DNA from: Hydrolagus affinis
Lineage: Eukaryota
Direction: 5' to 3'
DNA: 64,000 nt
NCBI GenBank assembly: GCA_012026655.1
Contig: JAAILG010000469.1
Location: 1 to 64,000, forward strand
Shown here: piece by piece, positions 25,527-38,737 of the stretch
Layout of the letters: each line of letters starts with the position of its first letter
Numbering within the stretch: the stretch's first letter is position 1
Position numbers and translations under genes: made by a program
The notes under the pieces: generated by a model
Told to the model about the DNA's origin: nothing
Database searches by the model: none
What the model saw: the letters and a program-made list of their open reading frames with translations, nothing else

Positions 25527-25543
25527 GTGCTGCCCTCTACTGT
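25527..25543 (-). promoter_or_regulatory. CTCF-like motif
   Basis: Minus strand ACAGTAGAGGGCAGCAC vs consensus CCASYAGRKGGCRS (1 mismatch). Confidence 0.45.
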
Positions 25544-26889
25544 TGTTGGAAGGGGAGAGTAAGTGCTGAGAGCAGAATAGTTCATGTGAAGCGACTTTGT
25601 ACCAAATATCATAGGAGGCAAAGGTTTCACTTTGTGAATGAGCGAGTACATGGCTATCAGATAGTAAGGAAAGTTTGAGAATAAAACTACATTTTAAATA
25701 ATTGTTTCTAATAAGTTGTTTTCTTGAAGTCCAGGTGATGTGCTTCTGCAAAAGTATAAAGAAGGTAATTTCACTAAATTGTCACATCAAGCAACAAGAA
25801 TCTATTTGACAGATATGTGGTAAGCTTCTGGTTAAAATGTTATAACTATTTGTATTCAGCAGGGAAACCATGTCCTTTGACAGAAACACCACTCTAGGAA
25901 CACATTGCAGGATTGGTATTTTTGAAATTCTGCACTTATTCTTGACATTATTGATTGTAGTTCTTGCTTGTTGCTGTGTTCATGTATATACTTAGCTAAC
26001 TGAGCTGTTTATAGGCCTGACAGGACCATAATTTTTATGCCAAGGATAAATGTTGTGGGAAACATTTCACACAGACTTTGTTTGTTTTGTAGGGATTTTC
26101 GAGTGGTGGTTCAGACTACAGTCGCATAATCTAGTTTGCGTAGGTCTAGGCTTTTAACCAAAGGATTTTAGATATCATGGTAGGAGAAAATGTTCTTTCT
26201 TTGTATGACCTTTTCTCACTGTTGGTTAGAAGACTGATGTGAGAGAGTTTTATTCATGAAATCCCATTGGCAAGCCTGTTGTGTGGGAAGTTCAGTTGAG
26301 TTCCACGACAACAGATTTTTTGGAAGTTGAATTGTTTTGGTAATCAGCAATCTCTATTTTCTGATATCTAAGGAGTTTCCGTTTTCCCACTTATTTAGCC
26401 TTTCTGAACACTTTATCGCTTCAGTTGATGGGACGTTTAACTTTAATGTCCCTCGAGAGACCACTGTGGAGAAGCATGTTGAACTTAGTACCTTCCCGAA
26501 GAATTTAAAGAGGCATTGTTTGTGAAAATCGGACATGTGCAAGTGGAGATAAAATAAGTGTGTTTTGCTCTAGTTAACCCAATGGGACACTTATCACTGA
26601 AACTGCTGCACAGACAAATGCTTTTTTGAAGTTTGAAATCTGGATTTCAGAGCACATATACCCAATTCATTAAAATTGTGGGAAGGAATGATTTCAGTGA
26701 TAACAATCACTTGTGACTGTTTTCTTGCTCTAAGTCTTATTCTTTTGTAATGCAGTTCCTCAATCGAGATTTGACAGTAAACATTTGATAAAAGAAAAGG
26801 ATACATCAATATTTTATAAACTGGAAAAGGTTTTCAGAATTCTAAGGTTGAGATATGTCTTGTACAGACTCATAGGATCCTGTCGACAG

Positions 26890-27345
26890 CTGCTCCCCTA
26901 TCTCAACCTCACTGATCTATCCCTTGGGCTTACTGAGCATGTGTGTGATACAGGAGTCAGGTTTGATTTCCAGTTGTCCTTCCAACTCCATATCCAGTTC
27001 CTGAGCAACCCCGCTTTCCTCCAACTCTGCCATATCACCTGCCTTCACACCTAACGCAACTTATCCCCTTTAATCTGCTGGCTCCGGCCTCCTGCACATC
27101 CAGGGTGCCCTCTGTTCACCACCAGCTTTTAGCCATTACACTCTGAGACTCTGGAACTGTATGTCTCAGTCCCTCCACCTTGCCCTCTCCTTGTTCATCC
27201 TCGAATCACACCTGAAGGTCTTCCTCTTCAACTGTAAATATGGTCACCTTCCCCAGCTCCCTGGCTCATCATCAAGCTCCACCATAGTTTGTGCTCCGAG
27301 AATTTACTCAGTGTAACGGGGACATATAAATGCGAATTGTTACTG
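26890..27345 (+). mobile_element. Decayed L2 LINE fragment with internal deletion
   Basis: GVRFD.QLSF.LHI remnant, CTCTGGAAC (LWN), CACACCTGAAGGTCTTCCTCTT and ATATAAATGCGAATTGTT tail. Confidence 0.7.
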
Positions 27346-27532
27346 AATGAGTCGACCTATCCTGCAACAGACGTGTTTCAATGTTCAACAGATTTGCAAC
27401 CGTAAAAAAGGGTATCAAATATTTGAGGAATCGGAGACTTAAACGGTCTAACTCTAACAGATAATGGATTGAAATCCGATATAAGTGTAATAACAGTTGA
27501 ATTAAAGAAAAATAATGGTTTTCTCCATCAGG

Positions 27533-27652
27533 TACGCATTTGGCTGCCGCGTTTCACCCACAAATATACAGTCAATTCACTTTACAGTGAAGCGCTTTGA
27601 GATGTCTAGAAGATGTGAAAAGTGCTATATCAAATGCAAGGATTATTATCAT
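27533..27652 (+). mobile_element. Deu-type SINE 3' fragment
   Basis: TTGGCTGCCGCGTTTCACCCACAAATATACAGTCAATTCACTTTACAG..TCAAATGCAAGGATTATTAT. Confidence 0.85.
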
Positions 27653-27999
27653 AAATGATAATCATTTATCATAGCTGACAGCAAAATAAGAGCTGTGATG
27701 CCCTTTAACCACCAGCAAAATATTTTTGTGGTTAGTGTTGTTGTCCTTTATTTTTATTGTAGAAATTCACAAGTCCTAAAGTATCATTTTTAAAATGGGA
27801 AAAAAACATTCAGTGTTTCATTCAGCCCACCCAGAAATCACTGTGTTCTTTTCTTGTTGAACAGACATGTTTTCTTCAACAAAAAAAAAGATTTTTTTTT
27901 AGGTCAGGCTTTACACAGTACATACTTAAATTAATTGGACTTCTCCTTTTCAAAAAAAAATTGAAGGATTTCTTTTTCTGTTGTTGTCTTCCTCCAGTG

Positions 28000-28285
28000 C
28001 TTGTGAGGAGGCAGACTGCCTGCACTGTGGTTTCAGTGTTCGGCTTATGCAAATGCTCTGAGCTGCAAATGAAATATTCTTGACAGATGAATTGCACTGT
28101 GTATGAAGCTGATCCCACTCTGCTCTGCTTTTATGATAGAAAACTGCAGCCTCCAGTAAATCAAGGGGACCACCTTCCTCCGAGCTCCAATTGGCCCCGG
28201 AGTAGGAATTCACATCACATCTTGATTTCCATGGCAACCGTAGCCTTTCCCATTATGAGCTGTATCATCTGACTGATGTCATAGC
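28000..28285 (+). promoter_or_regulatory. Probable AKAP6 (alpha isoform) proximal promoter
   Basis: Octamer ATGCAAAT 28047-28054, CCAATTGG 28187-28194, X-box-like ATTTCCATGGCAAC 28225-28238, CRE-like TGATGTCA 28274-28281, just upstream of the exon 1 donor; local CpG rise. Confidence 0.55.
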
Positions 28286-28372
28286 AGCATGCAGCAGGTC
28301 AAATCAGGCACCTCCCAATGCATCCGACAGAGGTACTGAGCAAACCTATGCAACATGGCATAAAGAGAGATG
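28260..28372 (+). other. AKAP6: AKAP6 non-coding exon 1 (5' boundary/TSS approximate)
   Basis: Strong donor ATG|GTGAGT at 28372/28373; CATGCAGCAGGTCAAA.CAGGCA.CTCC..TGCATCC.ACAGA..GAGATG resembles the human AKAP6 5' UTR as I recall it. Confidence 0.75.
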
Positions 28373-30139
28373 GTGAGTCTTATTCTTAATCCTATCTGCC
28401 AGAAATTTCATAGCGATTCGTGATTGTCTTTGGCTGTAGACTCGTACTGTAAAGTGTTTGTGGTAACACCTACGCAGAGATTTCTTTCTTTGTGTTCGAC
28501 ATTATTCATATCTTGTGAGAGGCGCTGCCGCATAAATATACTGTGCTCGGCAGACTGGAATAAGATGAAGGCCTAGCAATCTGAAGCACCGATTCCGGAC
28601 GATGTGGGACATACACGTATGATGGTTCTCAGATGGTACGATTTCAATGAATAATACTGTACAAAGCTTGATGTCAAAAAAAATTTTTTTACAGAATATT
28701 GTGGCTGCAGTTTTTACTCGCAGTGCATTATGTCTTGTTCAGTCGATGGAACAGTGCTCGAGATGACAGCTTTCCACACACCATAAACCCACCGAAAGGC
28801 CTAGTATTTTATACGACTGCTGTCAATAGCTGTACAATTATCTTGCAGCCAGCAGCACAGCTCTGCCCTCAAGCTGCCTTTCCATTGCAATATTGTGCAG
28901 AGTAATTGCTGATCAATTTTGGGTGTAAGTCACAGCCTGATAAAATAATGGAATGTTTATCGGACATCAATATTCATCAGCAGATTACATTTAGAGAAAT
29001 ATTAATACTTCCTTTAGTATTTCTTTCATTTAGTAAATGAGAAATGAATAGCAACAGTCTTGTAATAATAAGATGATGGTTGGTTGATAGAACATTTATC
29101 AATGAACATTATTAAAGAGAACAGTGTCTTAGAGGTCTTCATAATAGATAAATATTTAATATGAGATTGAAGGGAGATCTCTTAGGCTTGAAATTAAATC
29201 TGCCTGGTTTGTGCAGAACAAGAAAATCATTGCCTTGTATGATGGTGCTTGTAAACGGGTTAGAGTAAATGAGTGAAATATTACTGTTTTTTTGTGAGCT
29301 TGGCCTGTGGGTCTCATCTGGCAAAGGCAAGAGAGGAACCTTAAGAGGTCTAATTATTTTCTCTTTCATCCTATCCTTCGTTTGCCATTATAACATTTCC
29401 AATCAGTTTCATTGCAAATTTGTTATCCACTTGAGGCTATAGGATGTGTATGTGTGTATCTATGCACACATTCACCTACATATATATATATATATTCTGT
29501 AACTTATTTATTATTTTAAAACGAGAAGTATTTAAGGTTAAAATGGATTCTCTGGGCTGATAGGCATGCATTACTTGCGTTTTTAATTGGATTGTTAATA
29601 ATTCATAAGCAAGCGTCAGTAATTTGAGTGGAACTGGCCACAGCACCAGACAGTGGTTGGAGGTGGGGCTGGAAGGCTTTGCCGGGAAGGGCAAAATGTC
29701 TGACAAGGCAGCTGAGGTAACATCTTGAACAAACTGGGCAAATACAAAATGTTTGTTAATCACTGGGGACCCAATGCTGTGCTTCGATTGGGCCTGGGTC
29801 ATTTATCAAGTTGTTTTCTTCACCAGCTAGAGTTGGGATGGGCCAAGGTCGAGTCGAGAAACCTGCAGAGTTTCAAGATGATTAATATGTCTTGTTGAAA
29901 AGGGAACTGCTTGTTGATCGGAATTATTTCATGTGTTCAGCAATCTAATTGATAGAAATTCGGATATTTTAAATTCGTGTGAAATGCCCTTTTTTGTACA
30001 TTGATAGTAAACTTTCACTACCACATATGCGTCTCTGGATGATTTTACATTGTAGCTTCCATTTTATTCATTTATAACAACAACAACAAAATTATATTTG
30101 TGTAGCAGATAAATCAGTATAAATCCCTAAATATAAATA

Positions 30140-30240
30140 GTAAGGCTATCAGAGGGTATAGAAAAAAGGTAGGTAAATAGCATTGAGTTACAGATCAGCT
30201 CTGATTCAACAGAAGGGCGGGTCCAGACTTCTGTTTCTGA
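30140..30240 (+). mobile_element. CR1 LINE 3' end fragment
   Basis: ATCAGAGGGTATAGAAAAAAGGTAGGTAAATAGCATTGAGTTACAGATCAGC, resembling chondrichthyan CR1 3' ends. Confidence 0.5.
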
Positions 30241-32489
30241 AAATCATGTTAAGCATGTTTTCTGTGGGTTGTACCCAACTCAGGACATTGACACAGTTAT
30301 GAAACAAATTCAGGAACAAGACTAGAATTAATGTGCGGTTCAATCAGAAATGTAGTCACTTCCAGACTAAATAACACAGCGTGATTGATAAATTAAATGT
30401 CACCTAAGATTAATTCTGGACCCAGCCAATTCTGTACAACTGTTTCTCTCGCCTGATGACTTTACTAACTGTCCCTTTCCAGCAATAGGGGCTGTTTAGA
30501 TGGAGTTGAAAGCAAAAGCCAAACGATGCAGAGGCCTCACGTGAGATCTAGGACGACCTGTGCCTTGGAAGCATTTCATTATGAGGTTGCCATGAAAGCT
30601 TTGCCTCCCATCTTTTTCTTTGTCAGTCCTTCTTTGTTTTTTCTTGGTTTGTTTTTTCTAAAAGGCTAGTCTTCTACTGAATAGCTAAAGGCATGTTTAC
30701 TGAGAGATGAATCTCTCCCCTAGCATTGGTGTACCCACTAGGGAGCATGTTTATGGGAACAGTGAATTCAGCAGTTGTAGCATGGTGTCTGGATGATGCG
30801 ATTTGCTTTGTAACCAGTATTGATCATCTTTATTGGTTATGAGAACACACGCCTGTATTATTTGAGGAAGTAAATCATTGCTCTCTGTGTCATCCTAAAA
30901 TGGAAACCATGTTGCCCATGTGGATGAAACTCAAGCTGCTTTGGGGACCATTTGTTCCACCGATGTCTCATTCTTTTGTTATTTGCTAGTAGAAGTGGGT
31001 GGTGGTGCAATCGGGATTATGTTCCCAAGGTTTACTCGGCAAGTTCAGGGCAGGATTTATTGACCATTTTTAATTTAGAATTTTTATTGTTGACTAGTTT
31101 GGTTACATAGGGTCTGACACTTTTTCAGCTTTTGTGGATAGAGATGGATCTCAGTTTGGGGACAGCTACTTGGTATGGGTACAGCTCACTATCCTATTAT
31201 CTATGATGTTGGTTTATTTCTCATTTTCCTTTTAATGCTTTCATCAAAATGTGATTTGCTGCATTGATTTGGCTGTGATTGCAGGAAGCATTTTTGACCA
31301 GTTGATGTATTGTATAACCTGGGGAGCGCATTTGTCGCCCTTTGCACCTCCGATAATAAACCATGGGTGAATAATTGTCCCACGTGTAATCTGAGTATTT
31401 CTCTCATCAAGAAATCATACAAAATGCTATTGATGTAGTGTGTTCCATTGGCAAAAACATTTTGCCATAAATACCAGTTTGGCTTCCAAAGGCAATTATC
31501 ACAGGCAAGCTTTCCTTTGCATATCCAACTAGGACCACCCTACAGGTTAGGCGATTGGCTTTGCAGGGTTAAGAAAAGCTGTGTGGAAAGAATCCCGTCC
31601 CCCAGGGAAAGGCAATTATTCCCCCTCCCCTATCCATGTCTCCTCCCACCACATATCATTACCTTTGTTTAAAAGAGGGTGAAGTCAGTTACTCAACAAA
31701 GAATCTCTGTTATAATGAAGATATTAGTTAACCAACATGAAAATAAATCTACGAATATCTTGATGCAGAGTTAACATTTTATTTTTCTGTGTTGCCTCTG
31801 CCTATTTTTCAAATGAGGATCTTAAATGTGGATTCACGTCTATACTTATGTCAGTATACTGAATAATTCTAATTTTTTTTCCAGGAATAAATGGATTCCT
31901 AAGCAAGTATTGCCTTTGCCTTGTAGATTTGCAATCCTTTCACAACCCTTCCTTTTCCCTTCGGTTAGGTCTCTCTGACTCCTAGTTGGACCAAATGGCC
32001 TGGTATGGTGCTGTATTTAGAGACAATTTATCCTCCCTGATAGATGCAATTGTATATAGATTTGCAATAGCTTTCAGCAGCTCAAGGTTGATTTTTTTCT
32101 TCTCTCTGGCCTCAACCAAGATGCCTCCACCCTTTGATTACATGTCATTTCCTGTCACTGGTCTATTCCCAGTATTGTTGCAGAGCTTCTCATGATATCA
32201 TACCCGATATAAGATTACATTCTTCAGATAAGATGTGTCCTGACCTGCAAGGCTAGAAAGCAAACATGAGATAAAATCATTAATGATCAGAAATTCCAGA
32301 TGATTTTTATTTGGAGGTTTTACTCTCTATTTAGATCTCTCCAGATGCTTCCCATTCACTGATGGACAGAACAAGACTTTCCTCCCTGATGCGTATCATC
32401 AGTTTGTTGCTGCAGGTATTTTTGCTCTGTTTACCTAGCAATAAGTAGAAACCCAGTTGTTAGTCAATTGAGGGTCACTTTCTGGAGGG

Positions 32490-32684
32490 GGTAATAATCC
32501 CTTTAATAAATAAAATAATTATAATTTGGTCATTCACTCCACAACTGTTTGTGGGACACTGCTGTGCGTAATTGGCTGCCATGTTTTGCTCACAAAATAC
32601 AGTCATATATACTTGACAGTATATTCTGTGAAGCGCTTTGAGACGCCTTGACGATGTGATTAAATGCAAGGATTATTATTATTA
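32490..32684 (+). mobile_element. Deu-type SINE, 5'-truncated
   Basis: TTGGTCATT..CCACAACTGTTTGTGGGACACTGCTGTGCG..AAATGCAAGGATTATTATTATT. Confidence 0.85.
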
Positions 32685-33094
32685 ACACTAAGAAATGAGT
32701 ACAGTTGTCTGATCTTGCCAGTCTTCCGGGATGCACAAGGAAATCAAGGATTCACTCATTTCAGTGCTCAACAGTGCCACCTGCAAATGGCTGTCTGGAG
32801 CTATGTACTGTATAAACATTCATGAGAGCAATCACGCAGTTGACTTGTTGGTTACATTTACTTTTCCAAGAGATTCTCTGTCTTGTCCTTTGTTGTTAAT
32901 TAGCTATAATTAATTAACCCCTGTGCATGTGCTGAATGTTTTTTGAGGGGAGTTTTAAGGTTGCATCTGTAAACATATTATTTCCTACAAAACAATCTGC
33001 AAATATGATATTTTATTGAAAGCTCCTTTGGAAACCATTTAAATCCAACCAGGCATCCGGTTGAAAATTGTTAGACTGTGTGGGAATGACTGAG

Positions 33095-33369
33095 CAACAA
33101 CAACAAAATTAATTTATAGAGCGCCTTTCATGTCGGAAGGACGTCTCAAGGCACTGAACAGTTAGGTCAGCACCCGAGCAGGAGAGCAAGGGTTGGGGTA
33201 GGAGCAGGGGAAAGTAGGAGAGTAGGAATGGGGGGAGAGTTAGGAGGGCAGCAGAAGCCACGGTCGAAGAGGAAGGCACAGTTGAGGCCGGCCTTGAAGG
33301 AGGAAAGGGAGGAAGCTAGGCGAAGGGATTGCGGGATGGAGTTCCAGAGTGTGGGGGCAGAGAGGCTGA
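33095..33369 (-). mobile_element. L2 LINE 3' end
   Basis: Minus strand encodes SLSAPTLWNSIPQSLRLASSLSSFKAGL, then 3' UTR, stem-loop and (TTG)n tail. Confidence 0.85.
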
Positions 33370-36300
33370 TACTTATGGCCATAAATATCCCCCGTATTTT
33401 GAATCAGCCACACAATTACACCAATTTATATACAAGGATGGCTAAATTGTTTTTCACACTACACACAACATTACAACACTTACAGTTTACAACAGAGAGA
33501 GAATCAGAACACAGTCCTTTTCCCATTGAGACAAGCTTTTAAATCCACTCCACAGTGATGTGACACACCCCTTGCAGCTCAAATCTTCACCAGGAATACA
33601 AGAAAGACAAAGACTCTTTTTAGACCATTTCATGAATGATATATGTATTAATTAGGTGCAATAAGATTGCTTTTTTCTGCAGTTGTGTGCTGTTTCGAAG
33701 GTCTGATTAACATAAGTCCCACCTACCCTGGAAAGCTTGAATAGTCAGAAATGAAGTGTATCGACAATTCCTGCAGCAGTGCACTGCCTGCTGCTGAACA
33801 ATTTCCAGCTAAACCATTTTATTTTCAAATTGTCTTGATGGGTGTAAGGGACATTAAGGTGTTTATTTAAGATCAATTGAATGTCCATTTTATTCGATTC
33901 TTTCACAGGGATAATGTCAGTCAATCCAGAGTAAACTGGCATGATTAGAAATGTGATGCAAAAGGAAAGGAAATGGGTTTTGTTGGGCAGGTTAGCTGTA
34001 TGTTTGCTAACAATCTAACGCTGCAGAGCTGGTCTCCTGGCTATCGGAGTGAAGTCGTGTGAATTTCATTTCAACTCTCGTTTCTCATTGGTGATCTGAA
34101 ATGCTTCTGGGAAGAGTTTCTTCAATAGTATAGTTGGCAAGATGTCTTGTTTATACAAGCTCTCAACAAAAGTGCTGGACTGTAAATATTCGCTTTTCTA
34201 AAACCACAGCCTCAACACTGAAATCGCGTTGATTCTATGCTACAGTGAAGCAGAGGCAGACAACAACACAGGCTTGTGGCTCGTTCCAAAATGTGTGTGC
34301 TCTCTGTTAATTCTGAGGGTAGACGGGAGAACTCTTTCACACCTGTGCTGCATGCATCAGGCTTCCAATAATTTACATATTGATATGATGACATGTGTTT
34401 GCTTTTGAAAACACACATCCGTTCCGAATGAGAGTCTGGCATAAAACAAGCTTATGTGGCAGGAGATCTGAGGCCTGACATTGGGCCCAACGTCTAATTA
34501 ACCAGATGCATTCAATTTGTTTCAGTGGTAGTTGCCCAATAATTCAAATTTGCTTCAGGAAATCAATCTGGGTCTATTAAATAGCAACCAAACTGAGAGA
34601 ACAGCATCATGTGGGATTGGAAGAAAGTAGAAACTTTTGTCGGTCAATTTATGTCTACTTGAGGAGCAGCAATACAGAGGATTAGTTTGACAGATTTTCA
34701 AAGCTCCAGTGTAAAGTGTAAAGCTGAGGCAAAACATGTAGCCATGGTCACAAGAACCATTCTGATACACCTACCTCACAGTAGAAATGTGCATGGGAAA
34801 GATTGAAATTGACTCGTGCAAGAGAGCAAGATTGCAGATATATTCAAGAACAAAATCATCCATAGCGATACAGAAGTAACATTGAATATTCATGAGGAAT
34901 TCACTGTGAGACATTTCAGTATACTGTACTGTAGTCATAAGCAGTCTGATGGGTTTAACCTAAAGACCTATATATACAGCAAGCTTATAAAGCAGTCCCC
35001 AGCCCATTGAGCTGTGTTGGCAGCAGTGATGCTTTTTATTCTTTGGATTTTCATCCAATATAAATAGATTCCTCTTTAGATAATTATTAAATTAGAAAAA
35101 TATATGAGTTTTTTTTAAAAATGACTGGAGATTGAACAGCAGAAGATGGAGCATTGTCTGCATTGCTAACTACCTGGTGGAAATTCAGTGATGTTCACAT
35201 TGTATTTGTATAGCTTGGACTTGGGCCGAGTAGAATAACAGGTATCTCTGTTTTCCACTGATTCATCCTGTTATTTATCATGTTTGGGTGTTGAGTTTAA
35301 AGACCATCTAAGCCTGAAAAACACCTTCATTTGCCCCATAAGATGTTTGACTCAGAAATATAACTTGCCGTTTAGAGAACATTTCTTTCTTTATCCTTCT
35401 GGGGAAAACAGAAGGATGTGGGGAAAGTAAGAAGTAAGTGGACAGTAGTATGGAGTTTGAACACTTGCACGGACTATTTGAGCCAAATGGCTTGTTTCTG
35501 TAATGTACAGTGTACAGTATATAGATCTCTGGGTGATATTGGCTTGTTTCCATTGAAGATTGGACAATCATTGCCAGAACAGCTTTGATGAGTTCCATGT
35601 GGAAATGGTAAATAAGCAGCCCAGGGCTTTTGGGGGGTCAAATGAAAGATTTAGTTTATTCAAAGAAAAGGGACATAAGCTTTACATCTGGAATACATGG
35701 ATACATTGAATAATTAATTAACTAAAGCCAATAATCGAGATAGTCAATGAAGCTTGAAACTATAAATGGTTGAATGTAGTTGAGGTATTTTCAATAGCCA
35801 GATAATTAAACACATACACTACATACAATGGACCTGACCATGTTTGAATGAATTGCAATCATTGTTGCTATGAATAAACTTACATTTTGATACTCTTTTG
35901 ACATTAAAGCATTTCAGAGTAACTCCTATCACAATTAGTGAATATCTTGACCATAATGAATAGACACAAGTTATTTGCATCAGCATGGCCTCACAAATAG
36001 TCCTGAAATGATTAGTCAATTCATCTGGAGAATTATTGCATACGTCACTGGTAGAAAATAACTTAATGTCATGGGATCCTTAACTTCCACATGAGCAAGA
36101 AATGTCTCGTCTGAAAAACAGCACCTTTGACACTCCAATCGGGTGAGAGAGGCTGAATACTCTGTTGGGAGACAAAAGCTCAATCAGTCCTGACATAAGA
36201 TATAAATATATAAATGCTCATTTACATTGCTTTCATCACATTATGATACAAAATTAATGCTGGCATTATCACAGTGGAAGGAAATGTACCTATTGTGGCA

Positions 36301-37604
36301 TTAGGATTACTTTCATATAACCCCTCATGAAATTCCAGTGTGTGTTTACCTGGGATTGTTGTGATTTTAATGCATACAGGTATAGCTGGGATTTTAAATG
36401 TCAAATGGTAGCAATGGCACCAAAGACAACATAGTGATTCAATGTCACTGTGATTCTTTCCCTGTTCTGTTCCTATGTGACTGGAGTTGAAAAGCCCAAG
36501 GTCAGCAATTTCTATAAATCTTGCACTAATTCTTAATATCAACCAACTGCAGTCGTTCCATTATTCCAAGTGTAATTGGAGTCAGATTTCGACGGCTATA
36601 GTTCCAGTAATTGGGCCATCTGGCTGGGCTTGTGTAACTCTCGTATTGCTGGGTTGGAGAAGATTAAGTAATTATATCCAATGAACATCAAGGAATAGAG
36701 AGCAGTCAACTATCACACAAGTGGTTGACCGAATCCATCCTGAATGTCACTTCACCTAATGTAGGTTAAAATTGCTGCTCTGAGCACATGCCTGACAATC
36801 TTTATTAGTTGCAGTTGGAAAATGTCTTATGTTTGTTAAAGGTTAAGATGTCATAAATGTGGGATTTTGTGTTTTGACTGCAATCTTTGGATGCAGGAAT
36901 AATGTATTCTAATGGTTTCATACATTAATAACAACTTGAATTTATGTAGCACCTTTTACACAGGCTGAAATCTCAGAGCTTTACTGAGAGGGGAGGTGGC
37001 CATACATAGGTAGAAACGAAGAGGCATTTTCAATTTTAATGGTGAAAGAATTTAGGGAGAGAGTTCCAGATGGAAGGGATAAAGTGATTATAAAAGACAA
37101 GAAGATTACTGTCATACCTGTCTCCTTTGAGAGCTGAACGGAAACTCAATTATTTAGCTTTGAATAGCTGATTTCGAGCTGAAAAGTCCCATCTGGAAGT
37201 GTTTAAAGAATTAAGACAGTGATATGAAGGGTTCAGAAATGGGATCTGTGTAGCTGTGATTATCTGTTTATATTTCATTTGCATGTTGTATTTATGGAAG
37301 CAAATAGAGTGATGCTTATTGTTAGAGAATTGACAGAATGGTTACCTGTTCATTTCTGTAACTATAAAGATTGAGTTGTACTTCCACAGCAAGAGAGGCA
37401 AAGACATTCTTCAGACCACTTCTCCACTCTTTCATGAGAGTGAGTTTCAAATTGACATTGGTGGAGATACAGATACAAATTGCAGAATAAAACAATAAAA
37501 TGACCTGGTAAGTCGCAGCCATTAAATAAAGTATGGAACAAAAAAAACAAATCAGAATCGCACTAATTTGCAACCAGGAATATTTCTGCTTCCAAAGTAA
37601 AGCT

Positions 37605-37690
37605 CATAAGAAAATAGAAACATAGAAATAGGAGTAGGCCATTCAGCCCCACAAGCCTGTTCCACCATTCTATTCAATCATAGCTGATCA
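37605..37690 (-). mobile_element. CR1 LINE extreme 3' end
   Basis: AGAAACATAGAAATAGGAGTAGGCCATTCAGCCCC..GCCTGTTCCACCATTC..ATCATAGCTGATC, as recalled for shark CR1 termini. Confidence 0.7.
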
Positions 37691-38424
37691 GTACTTTATA
37701 ATCTGTAGTTTGTGCAGGCCAATAGTATTCTTTGTTAAAGATTCAGATTAAGAAATATCCCAATAATAAATTAGACCCTGTTAGTTCCAAGAGGCAGTGC
37801 ATCAAAATATATAATTAGATGAATTACAATTAAAATGAGCTCCTAGATTTGCTGATTTAAAATAGATGTAAGTTGCTGAACTTTGAATACTGTACTGGGA
37901 GCTTTGCCTCCAGTTGCTCAAGCTGCACCATGGATTGAAATTTGCAAATCAGGAGACACAAGATGTTTTTGGAGCTGTTGTATGAATTAAACGAATGTGA
38001 GCAGACAAGCAGGAAATTATACCTTCAGGATAAACTCATCAACATATACTGTATATAGCCTTATGCCACTGCAGTTTGATTTGCTCAATTCTATGTATCT
38101 CTTCCTACTAGTGATAAGGCGCTGTATCAAATGCAAGGATTATTATTCTACATTCAGGTCAACTAAGATGCTTCTATCCTGGTAAATTCAACTTATTAAA
38201 ACCACAAACTTGCAAGGGAATGACAAGTATCTTGTATTGAATTAATTCTTCAAGTCCATCCGGTTTGAGGCAATTGCTTGAATTGTTCCAGCAAAGTTTG
38301 TATGTATAATCCATTCTGCTTCACATTTCCGCTGCCAAATTCTACCAGTGATTTTTATTATTTCAATATTTTTAGTTCTAGTATTTTGGGGGAAAGAATT
38401 GAATTGAGCCTTCAAAAGTATTTT

Positions 38425-38737
38425 GGAGTCCTGTAGCTCAGTGGTTAGAGTACTCGCCTTACAAGTGTGAGATCCGTGTTCGAATCGAGGCAGGTCAGGG
38501 TGAAACCTTGGGCATGTTTCCTTACTCCACACGCCTAATAATAATCCCTCAAAAAAATAATAAAATTGGTCATTTCAATCCACAACTGTTTGTGGGATAC
38601 GGCTGTGACAATTGGCTGTTGTGTTTCGCCCACAAATATACGGTCAATTTACTTTACAGTATATTCTGTGAAGCAGCTTAAGATGTCTAAAATATGTGAA
38701 AAGCACTGTATCAAATGCCAGGATCATTATTATTATT
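38425..38737 (+). mobile_element. Full-length tRNA-derived Deu-type SINE
   Basis: GGAGTCCTGTAGCTCAGTGGTTAGAG (A box), GTTCGAATC (B box), Deu-like core, (ATT)n tail. Confidence 0.92.

Noticed and set aside
26300-26600. Possible DNA transposon relic (GAAAATCGGAC..GGAGATA motif)
   Set aside because: No paired TIRs or TSD could be identified
38425-38500. tRNA gene
   Set aside because: A and B boxes are present but no acceptor stem closes, and it continues into a SINE body repeated elsewhere in the window
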